From Macrostomum lignano (taxonomy: Eukaryota): 64,000 nucleotides of DNA. Below are positions 11,635 to 24,200 of this stretch, one piece after another. The position numbers and the translations under genes are program-made. Every line of letters starts with the position of its first letter. The stretch's first letter is position 1. The notes under the pieces were generated by a model. The model saw only the letters and a program-made list of their open reading frames with translations, searched no databases and was not told the origin of the DNA. Location: contig NIVC01000658.1 in NCBI GenBank assembly GCA_002269645.1, positions 426,309-490,308 of the forward strand. The letters run 5' to 3'.

Positions 11635-14600
11635 GCCATCGGGCATTAAAGAATTCGGCGAACTCAATGGCAACGTCATCCTGCCCGACCGGAACTTCCG
11701 GCTTCGTACTTGCCGGAAACGGCGCAGTGTTGTGTGCAATCAGATGCTGACGAGATCGGAGTTCGGCACGGCGGTTTGGCTCAGTGTGCCCATCGTCATT
11801 GAGCTACTGCTGCCTCGGCTGCAGAAACAAATCCAAGCTATTGTGTGCGCCTGCCCTCACATATCCGACCCGCTGGAGGTGATGCAGCTTAAATGCTTGC
11901 TTGCTTTTTCTAAAAGTTCCTAATTGCCTACTGTAGAGCTTTGTCTAGTACTTTCGGAACCTTTTAGTATATAAAAATTATTGTAGAGGGGATCCTAAAT
12001 AAGACAACCAACTGTTTGATGAAGGCTCAACTTACTTTTAGCTTAGCTGCAGGAGTTCCGAGCATCCGTCCGGATACAGCGGATGGGGACGTCGCCACCC
12101 ATTCCGCCAAGCCCTGGCGACCATGGGCAGCTGGTGCTGACGTGTCGCACAGGGAGATCCGGTGGTGCCGGTGTCGACAGCGCGGTCCCCCTCCGGAGAG
12201 TCCAAAAGGTGGATGGTCGCTCGCTCGCGGTAGCCCTTAAGTAGCGGACGAGCTGGCAGAGATTCTCGGGAAACAATCATGACCCGAGAGTGATTTGAGC
12301 AAGCATATTAATGATTAGTTGTAACTTCATTGCCGATTGGTTAGAAAGGATACTAGATAAGATATTTAACTGCTTCATGGCGTCGCAACCAGAAACTCAG
12401 AAGGTTCTCGTACTAGTACACCTCTCCATCCATGGTGACAGAAAATTGCCTAACCGCCATAACATCGTATGTAGTGATATATGGTTATCTTCATTTGCGA
12501 CTTGCATAGTCCACTTTCATTGAAGTAGATGCTGCCGCGACTTTCAGGTGCTGGCGGAGCTTCGCGCCAGCCGCTACGACACTGAGCGCTGCATCGAATA
12601 CCTGCGCCAGACGCTGCCACTGCGGACCGTTGTACGCGACGTCCTGTCTGTACGTTCGGCTCCCGGTAGAGTGAACTTCTCCTCGGGCACTGCTACCACA
12701 GTGACAGCCGAAGGCAACGCCAACAACACCACCACACGGGCTGCGTCGCCAAGAATGGGAGGAGCAGCGACAGCGGCGGCTCCGGGCCTGCCAGCCATGG
12801 CCGCGTCGGGCGACCCAGCTGAAGCGGAAGCCGGCGGTCGTCCGCTGCTGCGGGGCGTACGTCGATTGCGCGCCGATGTGCAGGTGGTGCGCGCCTCCCT
12901 GTCCTCCGTGTCAGCCGCGATGGCCGCAGGGCTGGGGAAGATTCGCTGCCACCTCAGCGCACAGCAGGAGAGGGCCAAGCGGCAGCTCCAGCAGCTGCAG
13001 CAGCCGCAACAGCAGCAGCAGGATCAGTCGGCTGCGCTCAGTCGCATGCAAAAGTGCTTAGACGAGTTGCGTCAAAAGTGTCGCGAAGAAGAGTCCCGAC
13101 GTCGGTTGGCTTTCAACGCTTTGCAGGTGAACTTTCTTAGAAAGCTAAGCAGTGTAGGAGCGCATAGATTTCTGAATGGTTTTGAGTCCTAAGAGTTGTT
13201 TACTATGTCTTATGTCTGTACTATTCTCGATTTACGACTATTACAACTATAGTAATATGCAACGTCCCAAAATTTAACACGTGACACTTCTTGACCCTGC
13301 ATGGTAGCACTCAATAGTTATTCGTACGAGCGTATATTCCTGTATAAAGCCACAGGCAATACGAATCACACGTTAGGAGCAACTCGGCAACATCCGGGTT
13401 TACTGTCGCTGCACTAGAATCGAGGGCGATCAAGCTGTGGAACCGATCACTCAGGAGCAAGTCCGGGTGCGCAGCCAGCTGCAGTCGCAGCAGTTAAGTC
13501 AGCAGAGCCAGCAGCAGGGTCAACAGCAGCCTCAACAGGAGGAGGTGTTCCGTTTCGACCGGGTGTTTGGACCAGACGCACCGCAGGAGACTCTTTTCGA
13601 AGAGCTCCGACCGTTGATTACGTCATTTCTGGACGGTTACAACGTCTGTTTCATTACCTACGGAGGCGAGGCTAGCGGCAAGACGTTCACACTGCTGGGC
13701 AGCTCAAAGCAGAGGGTGAGTTTGATTAGCTCAACGAAAGTCTTGAATTCGAGCATTCAGTTTAAGACACAACCAACCATATTCAACCTATGCTTTGAAG
13801 ATAGTCTTTGTGCCAAAACCGTGTATGCGGAGAGCATTGAATTTAAGACGTCGAGCAGTTGAATCCAGACTTGAGCTCAAAACCAGTTTGGACAATAAGT
13901 TGTTCATTTTTTGACGAACGTAAAAGCGAAGAAGTGAAAAAGTGAAATAGCTTTTTGTGATTGATCCTCATGTGAATGATGCTGATGATAGAGCTGACAT
14001 TAGACTATGATTCGATGTTTTTGTTCTTTCATCAGATTGTGTCTGCGCATGTGGCATAGACAGACAGTGTTTTGACCATAGACGAAAGTAGAAACATTGA
14101 TTGAATATGAGTCAACAATATTAGACGCACGTGCTATAGCTTCCTTTTTGCAAAACTTTTTGCATCCACGATTAAGATTGTTCGCTTTTAGCAATATTTT
14201 CTTGCTACTTTTCAGTTGGCAACCTCTTATAGTAAGGGTTAGGTTAAGAGGATGACCTCCCTCTTGAGGACATGACCGCCCTGAAAATCATGAACTCTTC
14301 ATCACACGAGCTATTAACGCCCGCAGGGTCTGGTCTACCGAGCGCTGCTCGCCGTCCTACACGAGACAGCCAGTCGAGCAGCCGACTGGAGCATGGAGCT
14401 GGACACCGCCTGCCTAGAGATCTATAACGACGCCTGTTTCGACCTGCTGTCTGAAAGGCAGCCGGTCAGCCTGTACAAAGACTGCAGCCTGGCGTCGGCG
14501 TTTAGCGCTCTACGCTTGGCGCCAATTCGAGAGGAGAACGACGTTACTCAACTATTGCGCGCCTGTTCCGCACGGCGCCGAGTAGCTAAAACGGCGCTAA

Positions 14601-15040
14601 ATCCGCGCTCATCCAGATCGCACCTGGTGCACCTGGTCAGACTGCAGGCCCGCTCCAGGGTACACGGGCACACAACCTGTTCCTATCTCGGTATGATGGA
14701 CCTAGCCGGAGCGGAGAACATCATCAAGGCGGACACCTGGCGCGAGCCAGAACGCGCAGCCGAGGCCGGGCACATCAACCGCTCGCTGGCCGCCTTCAAC
14801 CGTCTCTTCCTGACGCTTCGTCGTACACCGCCGGGCGCCGCCTGCTACAGGGAGGCCAGGCTAACGCAGATGCTAAAGCCGTTCCTAGTGAACCATGGCA
14901 AGTGCTGCATCATAGTCACCGTGCGCACGGACTCGAGCTCGGCTAGTGGCAGTCTGAGCACGCTGCGTTTTGGCCGCGACGCGCGACAGGTGGCGCTGGG
15001 CAAAGCGCAACGCCAGCTGCTGGTTGCGAGCGTGGACTAG
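9711..15040 (+). CDS. Kinesin-14-like protein (C-terminal motor, KIFC3/KIF25-like), ~869 aa. Exons 9711-10093, 11284-11878, 12548-13126, 13377-13715, 14327-15040
   Basis: Neck/motor start Q|EQLGNIRVYCR, then FRFDRVF, P-loop YGGEASGKT, switch I NPRSSRSH, switch II DLAGAE, INRSL and LSTLRFG. A coiled coil precedes the motor. Four GT-AG introns join in frame (phases 2,0,0,0). The motor exons are secure; the start codon and exon 1-2 linkage are less certain. Confidence 0.88.
10130..11058 (+). repeat. Composite array: 10-bp TACCCTCAGA (to ~10568), then a 30-33-bp unit CCCTCAGATGCTGCAGTGAGCTGCTGCTAGCTG; kinesin intron 1
   Basis: Two abutting tandem arrays that share the core CCCTCAGAT. Confidence 0.95.
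11537..11635 (+). repeat. Coding (CAG)22(CAA)10CAG tract encoding 33 Gln
   Basis: Read directly from the sequence, in frame within kinesin exon 2. Confidence 0.92.
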
Positions 15041-15284
15041 AGACTAGAGAGACTGATGTAGCAGCTTCGGGTTGGCTACAAGAGGTTGGATGAAGAGAGG
15101 GATGTTTCTGAATCTTAATTCTCCAATGACATCCGACTGCATTTTACAGACCCTCTGCATCCCTCAATAGCTTCATGCATGTACTTTAGATGGTCGTGAC
15201 GGGGCCTGTATAAGAATCGAACTTGCAGATTTTAGGGAAAATTTTGAAAGCTAAAGCAAATTGCGTCTACACAAAGTAGGAACA

Positions 15285-18200
15285 GTCTAGAGAGGGCGGG
15301 TAGTGCCTAGAGTGGGCGGGTAGTGTCTACAGAGGGCGGGTAGTGCCTAGAGTGGGCGGGTAGTGTCTAGAGAGGGCGGGTAGTGTCTACAGAGGGCGGG
15401 TAGTGCCTAGAGTGGGCGGGTAGTGTCTAGAGAGGGCGGGTAGTGTCTAGAGAGGGCGGATAGTGTCTAGAGAGGGCGGGTAGTGCCTAGAGTGGGCGGG
15501 TAGTGTCTAGAGTGGGCGGGTAGTGTCTAGAGTGGGCGGGTAGTGTCTAGAGAGGGCGGGTAGTGTCTACAGAGGGCGGGTAGTGTCTAGAGAGGGCGGA
15601 TAGTGTCTAGAGTGGGCGGATAGTGTCTAGAGAGGGCGGGTAGTGCCTTTAGTGGGCGGGTAGTGCCTTTAGTGGGCGGATAGTGTCTAGAGTGGGCGGA
15701 TAGTGTCTAGAGTGGGCGGATAGTGTCTAGAGAGGGCGGAAAGTGTCTAGAGTGCGCGGGTAGTGCCTAGAGAGGGCGGGTAGTGCCTAGAGAGGGCGGG
15801 TAGTGTCTAGAGTGGGCGGGTAGTGCCTAGTGTGCGGGTAGTGCCTTTAGTGGGCGGATAGTGTCTAGAGTGGGCGGGTAGTGCCTAGAGTGCGCGGGTA
15901 GTGTCTAGAGTGCGCGGGTAGTGTCTAGAGAGGGCGGGTAGTATCTAGAGTGGGCAGATAGTGTCTAGAGAGGGCGGATAGTGTCTAGAGTGGGCGGGTA
16001 GTGTCTAGAGAGGGTGGGTAGAGCCTAGAGTGGGCGGATAGTGTCTAGAGTGGGCGGGTAGTGTCTAGAGAGGGCGGATAGTGTCTAGAGTGGGCGGATA
16101 GTGTCTAGAGAGGGCGGGTAGTGCCTTTAGTGGGCGGATAGTGTCTAGAGTGGGCGGATAGTGTCTAGAGTGGGCGGATAGTGTCTAGAGAGGGCGGATA
16201 GTGTCTAGAGAGGGCGGGTAGTGCCTAGAGTGGGCGGGTAGTGTCTAGAGTGGGCGGGTAGTGTCTAGAGAGGGCGGATAGTGTCTAGAGAGGGCGGATA
16301 GTGTCTAGAGAGGGCGGGTAGTGCCTTTAGTGGGCGGATAGTGTCTAGAGTGGGCGGGTAGTGCCTTTAGTGGGCGGATAGTGTCTAGAGTGGGCGGATA
16401 GTGTCTAGAGTGGGCGGATAGTGTCTAGAGTGGGCGGATAGTGTCTAGAGAGGGCGGATAGTGTCTAGATGGGCGGATAGTGTCTAGAGAGGGCGGGTAG
16501 TGCCTAGAGTGCGCGGGTAGTGTCTAGAGTGGGCGGGTAGTGTCTAGAGAGGGCGGGTAGTGTCTACAGAGGGCGGGTAGTGTCTACAGAGGGCGGATAG
16601 TGTCTAGAGAGGGCGGATAGTGTCTAGAGTGGGCGGATAGTGTCTAGAGAGGGCGGGTAGTGCCTTTAGTGGGCGGATAGTGTCTAGAGTGGGCGGGTAG
16701 TGTCTAGAGTGGGCGGGTAGTGTCTACAGAGGGCGGGTAGTGTCTACAGAGGGCGGGTAGTGTCTAGAGAGGGCGGGTAGTGTCTACAGAGGGCGGGTAG
16801 TGTCTAGAGAGGGCGGGTAGTGTCTAGAGTGTGCGGGTAGTGCCTAGAGAGGGCGGAAAGTGTCTAGAGTGCGCGGTAGTGCCTAGAGAGGGCGGGTAGT
16901 GCCTAGAGAGGGCGGGTAGTGTCTAGAGTGGGCGGGTAGTGCCTAGTGTGCGGGTAGTGCCTTTAGTGGGCGGATAGTGTCTAGAGTGGGCGGGTAGTGC
17001 CTAGAGTGCGCGGGTAGTGTCTAGAGAGGGCTAGTAGTATCTAGAGTGGGCAGATAGTGTCTAGAGAGGGCGGATAGTGTCTAGAGTGGGCGGGTAGTGT
17101 CTAGAGAGGGTGGGTAGAGCCTAGAGTGGGCGGATAGTGTCTAGAGTGGGCGGGTAGTGTCTAGAGAGGGTGGGTAGTGTCTACAGAGGGCGGGTAGTGC
17201 CTAGAGTGGGCGGGTAGTGTCTAGAGAGGGCGGGTAGTGTCTAGAGAGGGCGGATAGTGTCTAGAGAGGGCGGGTAGTGCCTAGAGTGGGCGGGTAGTGT
17301 CTAGAGTGGGCGGGTAGTGTCTAGAGTGGGCGGGTAGTGTCTAGAGAGGGCGGGTAGTGTCTACAGAGGGCGGGTAGTGTCTAGAGAGGGCGGATAGTGT
17401 CTAGAGTGGGCGGATAGTGTCTAGAGAGGGCGGGTAGTGCCTTTAGTGGGCGGATAGTGTCTAGAGTGGGCGGATAGTGTCTAGAGTGGGCGGATAGTGT
17501 CTAGAGTGGGCGGATAGTGTCTAGAGAGGGCGGGTAGTGTCTAGAGTGGGCGGGTAGTGTCTAGAGAGGGCGGATAGTGTCTACAGAGGGCGGATAGTGT
17601 CTAGAGAGGGCGGGTAGTGCCTAGAGTGGGCGGGTAGTGTCTAGAGTGGGCGGGTAGTGTCTAGAGAGGGCGGGTAGTGTCTACAGAGGGCGGGTAGAGT
17701 CTAGAGAGGGCGGGTAGTGTCTAGAGAGGGCGGATAGTGTCTAGAGTGGGCGGATAGTGTCTAGAGAGGGCGGGTAGTGTCTACAGAGGGCGGGTAGTGT
17801 CTAGAGAGGGCGGATAGTGTCTAGAGAGGGCGGATAGTGTCTAGAGTGGGCGGATAGTGTCTAGAGAGGGCGGAAAGTGTCTAGAGTGCGCGGGTAGTGC
17901 CTAGAGAGGGCGGGTAGTGCCTAGAGAGGGCGGGTAGTGTCTAGAGTGGGCGGGTAGTGCCTAGTGTGCGGGTAGTGCCTTTAGTGGGCGGATAGTGTCT
18001 AGAGTGGGCGGGTAGTGCCTAGAGTGCGCGGGTAGTGTCTAGAGTGCGCGGGTAGTGTCTAGAGAGGGCGGGTAGTATCTAGAGTGGGCAGATAGTGTCT
18101 AGAGAGGGCGGATAGTGTCTAGAGTGGGCGGGTAGTGTCTAGAGAGGGTGGGTAGAGCCTAGAGTGGGCGGATAGTGTCTAGAGTGGGCGGGTAGTGTCT

Positions 18201-21200
18201 AGAGAGGGCGGATAGTGTCTAGAGTGGGCGGATAGTGTCTAGAGAGGGCGGGTAGTGCCTTTAGTGGGCGGATAGTGTCTAGAGTGGGCGGATAGTGTCT
18301 AGAGTGGGCGGATAGTGTCTAGAGAGGGCGGATAGTGTCTAGAGAGGGCGGGTAGTGCCTAGAGTGGGCGGGTAGTGTCTAGAGTGGGCGGGTAGTGTCT
18401 AGAGAGGGCGGATAGTGTCTAGAGAGGGCGGATAGTGTCTAGAGAGGGCGGGTAGTGCCTTTAGTGGGCGGATAGTGTCTAGAGTGGGCGGGTAGTGCCT
18501 TTAGTGGGCGGATAGTGTCTAGAGTGGGCGGATAGTGTCTAGAGTGGGCGGATAGTGTCTAGAGTGGGCGGATAGTGTCTAGAGAGGGCGGATAGTGTCT
18601 AGATGGGCGGATAGTGTCTAGAGAGGGCGGGTAGTGCCTAGAGTGCGCGGTAGTGTCTAGAGTGGGCGGGTAGTGTCTAGAGAGGGCGGGTAGTGTCTAC
18701 AGAGGGCGGGTAGTGTCTAGAGAGGGCGGATAGTGTCTAGAGAGGGCGGATAGTGTCTAGAGTGGGCGGATAGTGTCTAGAGAGGGCGGGTAGTGCCTTT
18801 AGTGGGCGGATAGTGTCTAGAGTGGGCGGGTAGTGTCTAGAGTGGGCGGGTAGTGTCTACAGAGGGCGGGTAGTGTCTACAGAGGGCGGGTAGTGTCTAG
18901 AGAGGGCGGGTAGTGTCTACAGAGGGCGGGTAGTGTCTAGAGAGGGCGGGTAGTGTCTAGAGTGTGCGGGTAGTGCCTAGAGAGGGCGGAAAGTGTCTAG
19001 AGTGCGCGGGTAGTGCCTAGAGAGGGCGGGTAGTGCCTAGAGAGGGCGGGTAGTGTCTAGAGTGGGCGGGTAGTGCCTAGTGTGCGGGTAGTGCCTTTAG
19101 TGGGCGGATAGTGTCTAGAGTGGGCGGGTAGTGCCTAGAGTGCGCGGGTAGTGTCTAGAGAGGGCTAGTAGTATCTAGAGTGGGCAGATAGTGTCTAGAG
19201 AGGGCGGATAGTGTCTAGAGTGGGCGGGTAGTGTCTAGAGAGGGTGGGTAGAGCCTAGAGTGGGCGGATAGTGTCTAGAGTGGGCGGGTAGTGTCTAGAG
19301 AGGGTGGGTAGTGTCTACAGAGGGCGGGTAGTGCCTAGAGTGGGCGGGTAGTGTCTAGAGAGGGCGGGTAGTGTCTAGAGAGGGCGGATAGTGTCTAGAG
19401 AGGGCGGGTAGTGCCTAGAGTGGGCGGGTAGTGTCTAGAGTGGGCGGGTAGTGTCTAGAGTGGGCGGGTAGTGTCTAGAGAGGGCGGGTAGTGTCTACAG
19501 AGGGCGGGTAGTGTCTAGAGAGGGCGGATAGTGTCTAGAGTGGGCGGATAGTGTCTAGAGAGGGCGGGTAGTGCCTTTAGTGGGCGGATAGTGTCTAGAG
19601 TGGGCGGATAGTGTCTAGAGTGGGCGGATAGTGTCTAGAGTGGGCGGATAGTGTCTAGAGAGGGCGGGTAGTGTCTAGAGTGGGCGGGTAGTGTCTAGAG
19701 AGGGCGGATAGTGTCTACAGAGGGCGGATAGTGTCTAGAGAGGGCGGGTAGTGCCTAGAGTGGGCGGGTAGTGTCTAGAGTGGGCGGGTAGTGTCTAGAG
19801 AGGGCGGGTAGTGTCTACAGAGGGCGGGTAGAGTCTAGAGAGGGCGGGTAGTGTCTAGAGAGGGCGGATAGTGTCTAGAGTGGGCGGATAGTGTCTAGAG
19901 AGGGCGGGTAGTGTCTACAGAGGGCGGGTAGTGTCTAGAGAGGGCGGGTAGTGTCTACAGAGGGCGGGTAGTGTCTAGAGAGGGCGGGTAGTGTCTAGAG
20001 TGTGCGGGTAGTGCCTAGAGAGGGCGGAAAGTGTCTAGAGTGCGCGGGTAGTGCCTAGAGAGGGCGGGTAGTGCCTAGAGAGGGCGGGTAGTGTCTAGAG
20101 TGGGCGGGTAGTGCCTAGTGTGCGGGTAGTGCCTTTAGTGGGCGGATAGTGTCTAGAGTGGGCGGGTAGTGCCTAGAGTGCGCGGGTAGTGTCTAGAGAG
20201 GGCTAGTAGTATCTAGAGTGGGCAGATAGTGTCTAGAGAGGGCGGATAGTGTCTAGAGTGGGCGGGTAGTGTCTAGAGAGGGTGGGTAGAGCCTAGAGTG
20301 GGCGGATAGTGTCTAGAGTGGGCGGGTAGTGTCTAGAGAGGGTGGGTAGTGTCTACAGAGGGCGGGTAGTGCCTAGAGTGGGCGGGTAGTGTCTAGAGAG
20401 GGCGGGTAGTGTCTAGAGAGGGCGGATAGTGTCTAGAGAGGGCGGGTAGTGCCTAGAGTGGGCGGGTAGTGTCTAGAGTGGGCGGGTAGTGTCTAGAGTG
20501 GGCGGGTAGTGTCTAGAGAGGGCGGGTAGTGTCTACAGAGGGCGGGTAGTGTCTAGAGAGGGCGGATAGTGTCTAGAGTGGGCGGATAGTGTCTAGAGAG
20601 GGCGGGTAGTGCCTTTAGTGGGCGGATAGTGTCTAGAGTGGGCGGATAGTGTCTAGAGTGGGCGGATAGTGTCTAGAGTGGGCGGATAGTGTCTAGAGAG
20701 GGCGGGTAGTGTCTAGAGTGGGCGGGTAGTGTCTAGAGAGGGCGGATAGTGTCTACAGAGGGCGGATAGTGTCTAGAGAGGGCGGGTAGTGCCTAGAGTG
20801 GGCGGGTAGTGTCTAGAGTGGGCGGGTAGTGTCTAGAGAGGGCGGGTAGTGTCTACAGAGGGCGGGTAGAGTCTAGAGAGGGCGGGTAGTGTCTAGAGAG
20901 GGCGGATAGTGTCTAGAGTGGGCGGATAGTGTCTAGAGAGGGCGGGTAGTGTCTACAGAGGGCGGGTAGTGTCTAGAGAGGGCGGATAGTGTCTAGAGAG
21001 GGCGGATAGTGTCTAGAGTGGGCGGATAGTGTCTAGAGAGGGCGGAAAGTGTCTAGAGTGCGCGGGTAGTGCCTAGAGAGGGCGGGTAGTGCCTAGAGAG
21101 GGCGGGTAGTGTCTAGAGTGGGCGGGTAGTGCCTAGTGTGCGGGTAGTGCCTTTAGTGGGCGGATAGTGTCTAGAGTGGGCGGGTAGTGCCTAGAGTGCG

Positions 21201-24200
21201 CGGTAGTGTCTAGAGTGCGCGGTAGTGTCTAGAGAGGGCGGGTAGTATCTAGAGTGGGCAGATAGTGTCTAGAGAGGGCGGATAGTGTCTAGAGTGGGCG
21301 GGTAGTGTCTAGAGAGGGTGGGTAGAGCCTAGAGTGGGCGGATAGTGTCTAGAGTGGGCGGGTAGTGTCTAGAGAGGGCGGATAGTGTCTAGAGTGGGCG
21401 GATAGTGTCTAGAGAGGGCGGGTAGTGCCTTTAGTGGGCGGATAGTGTCTAGAGTGGGCGGATAGTGTCTAGAGTGGGCGGATAGTGTCTAGAGAGGGCG
21501 GATAGTGTCTAGAGAGGGCGGGTAGTGCCTAGAGTGGGCGGGTAGTGTCTAGAGTGGGCGGGTAGTGTCTAGAGAGGGCGGATAGTGTCTAGAGAGGGCG
21601 GATAGTGTCTAGAGAGGGCGGGTAGTGCCTTTAGTGGGCGGATAGTGTCTAGAGTGGGCGGGTAGTGCCTTTAGTGGGCGGATAGTGTCTAGAGTGGGCG
21701 GATAGTGTCTAGAGTGGGCGGATAGTGTCTAGAGTGGGCGGATAGTGTCTAGAGAGGGCGGATAGTGTCTAGATGGGCGGATAGTGTCTAGAGAGGGCGG
21801 GTAGTGCCTAGAGTGCGCGGGTAGTGTCTAGAGTGGGCGGGTAGTGTCTAGAGAGGGCGGGTAGTGTCTACAGAGGGCGGGTAGTGTCTAGAGAGGGCGG
21901 ATAGTGTCTAGAGAGGGCGGATAGTGTCTAGAGTGGGCGGATAGTGTCTAGAGAGGGCGGGTAGTGCCTTTAGTGGGCGGATAGTGTCTAGAGTGGGCGG
22001 GTAGTGTCTAGAGTGGGCGGGTAGTGTCTACAGAGGGCGGGTAGTGTCTACAGAGGGCGGGTAGTGTCTAGAGAGGGCGGGTAGTGTCTACAGAGGGCGG
22101 GTAGTGTCTAGAGAGGGCGGGTAGTGTCTAGAGTGTGCGGGTAGTGCCTAGAGAGGGCGGAAAGTGTCTAGAGTGCGCGGGTAGTGCCTAGAGAGGGCGG
22201 GTAGTGCCTAGAGAGGGCGGGTAGTGTCTAGAGTGGGCGGGTAGTGCCTAGTGTGCGGGTAGTGCCTTTAGTGGGCGGATAGTGTCTAGAGTGGGCGGGT
22301 AGTGCCTAGAGTGCGCGGGTAGTGTCTAGAGAGGGCTAGTAGTATCTAGAGTGGGCAGATAGTGTCTAGAGAGGGCGGATAGTGTCTAGAGTGGGCGGGT
22401 AGTGTCTAGAGAGGGTGGGTAGAGCCTAGAGTGGGCGGATAGTGTCTAGAGTGGGCGGGTAGTGTCTAGAGAGGGTGGGTAGTGTCTACAGAGGGCGGGT
22501 AGTGCCTAGAGTGGGCGGGTAGTGTCTAGAGAGGGCGGGTAGTGTCTAGAGAGGGCGGATAGTGTCTAGAGAGGGCGGGTAGTGCCTAGAGTGGGCGGGT
22601 AGTGTCTAGAGTGGGCGGGTAGTGTCTAGAGTGGGCGGGTAGTGTCTAGAGAGGGCGGGTAGTGTCTACAGAGGGCGGGTAGTGTCTAGAGAGGGCGGAT
22701 AGTGTCTAGAGTGGGCGGATAGTGTCTAGAGAGGGCGGGTAGTGCCTTTAGTGGGCGGATAGTGTCTAGAGTGGGCGGATAGTGTCTAGAGTGGGCGGAT
22801 AGTGTCTAGAGTGGGCGGATAGTGTCTAGAGAGGGCGGGTAGTGTCTAGAGTGGGCGGGTAGTGTCTAGAGAGGGCGGATAGTGTCTACAGAGGGCGGAT
22901 AGTGTCTAGAGAGGGCGGGTAGTGCCTAGAGTGGGCGGGTAGTGTCTAGAGTGGGCGGGTAGTGTCTAGAGAGGGCGGGTAGTGTCTACAGAGGGCGGGT
23001 AGAGTCTAGAGAGGGCGGGTAGTGTCTAGAGAGGGCGGATAGTGTCTAGAGTGGGCGGATAGTGTCTAGAGAGGGCGGGTAGTGTCTACAGAGGGCGGGT
23101 AGTGTCTAGAGAGGGCGGATAGTGTCTAGAGAGGGCGGATAGTGTCTAGAGTGGGCGGATAGTGTCTAGAGAGGGCGGGTAGTGCCTTTAGTGGGCGGAT
23201 AGTGTCTAGAGTGGGCGGATAGTGTCTAGAGTGGGCGGATAGTGTCTAGAGAGGGCGGATAGTGTCTAGAGAGGGCGGGTAGTGCCTAGAGTGGGCGGGT
23301 AGTGTCTAGAGTGGGCGGGTAGTGTCTAGAGAGGGCGGGTAGTGTCTACAGAGGGCGGGTAGTGTCTAGAGAGGGCGGATAGTGTCTAGAGAGGGCGGAT
23401 AGTGTCTAGAGAGGGCGGGTAGTGCCTTTAGTGGGCGGATAGTGTCTAGAGTGGGCGGGTAGTGCCTTTAGTGGGCGGATAGTGTCTAGAGTGGGCGGAT
23501 AGTGTCTAGAGTGGGCGGATAGTGTCTAGAGTGGGCGGATAGTGTCTAGAGAGGGCGGATAGTGTCTAGATGGGCGGATAGTGTCTAGAGAGGGCGGGTA
23601 GTGCCTAGAGTGCGCGGGTAGTGTCTAGAGTGGGCGGGTAGTGTCTAGAGAGGGCGGGTAGTGTCTACAGAGGGCGGGTAGTGTCTAGAGAGGGCGGATA
23701 GTGTCTAGAGAGGGCGGATAGTGTCTAGAGTGGGCGGATAGTGTCTAGAGAGGGCGGGTAGTGCCTTTAGTGGGCGGATAGTGTCTAGAGTGGGCGGGTA
23801 GTGTCTAGAGTGGGCGGGTAGTGTCTACAGAGGGCGGGTAGTGTCTACAGAGGGCGGGTAGTGTCTAGAGAGGGCGGGTAGTGTCTACAGAGGGCGGGTA
23901 GTGTCTAGAGAGGGCGGGTAGTGTCTAGAGTGTGCGTGTAGTGCCTAGAGAGGGCGGAAAGTGTCTAGAGTGCGCGGGTAGTGCCTAGAGAGGGCGGGTA
24001 GTGCCTAGAGAGGGCGGGTAGTGCCTTTAGTGGGCGGATAGTGTCTAGAGTGGGCGGGTAGTGTCTAGAGTGGGCGGGTAGTGTCTACAGAGGGCGGGTA
24101 GTGTCTACAGAGGGCGGGTAGTGTCTAGAGAGGGCGGGTAGTGTCTACAGAGGGCGGGTAGTGTCTAGAGAGGGCGGGTAGTGTCTAGAGTGTGCGGGTA

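Noticed and set aside
11381-11750. Poly-Leu, poly-Cys and poly-Ser ORFs
   Set aside because: Alternate frames of the CAG/CAA tract.
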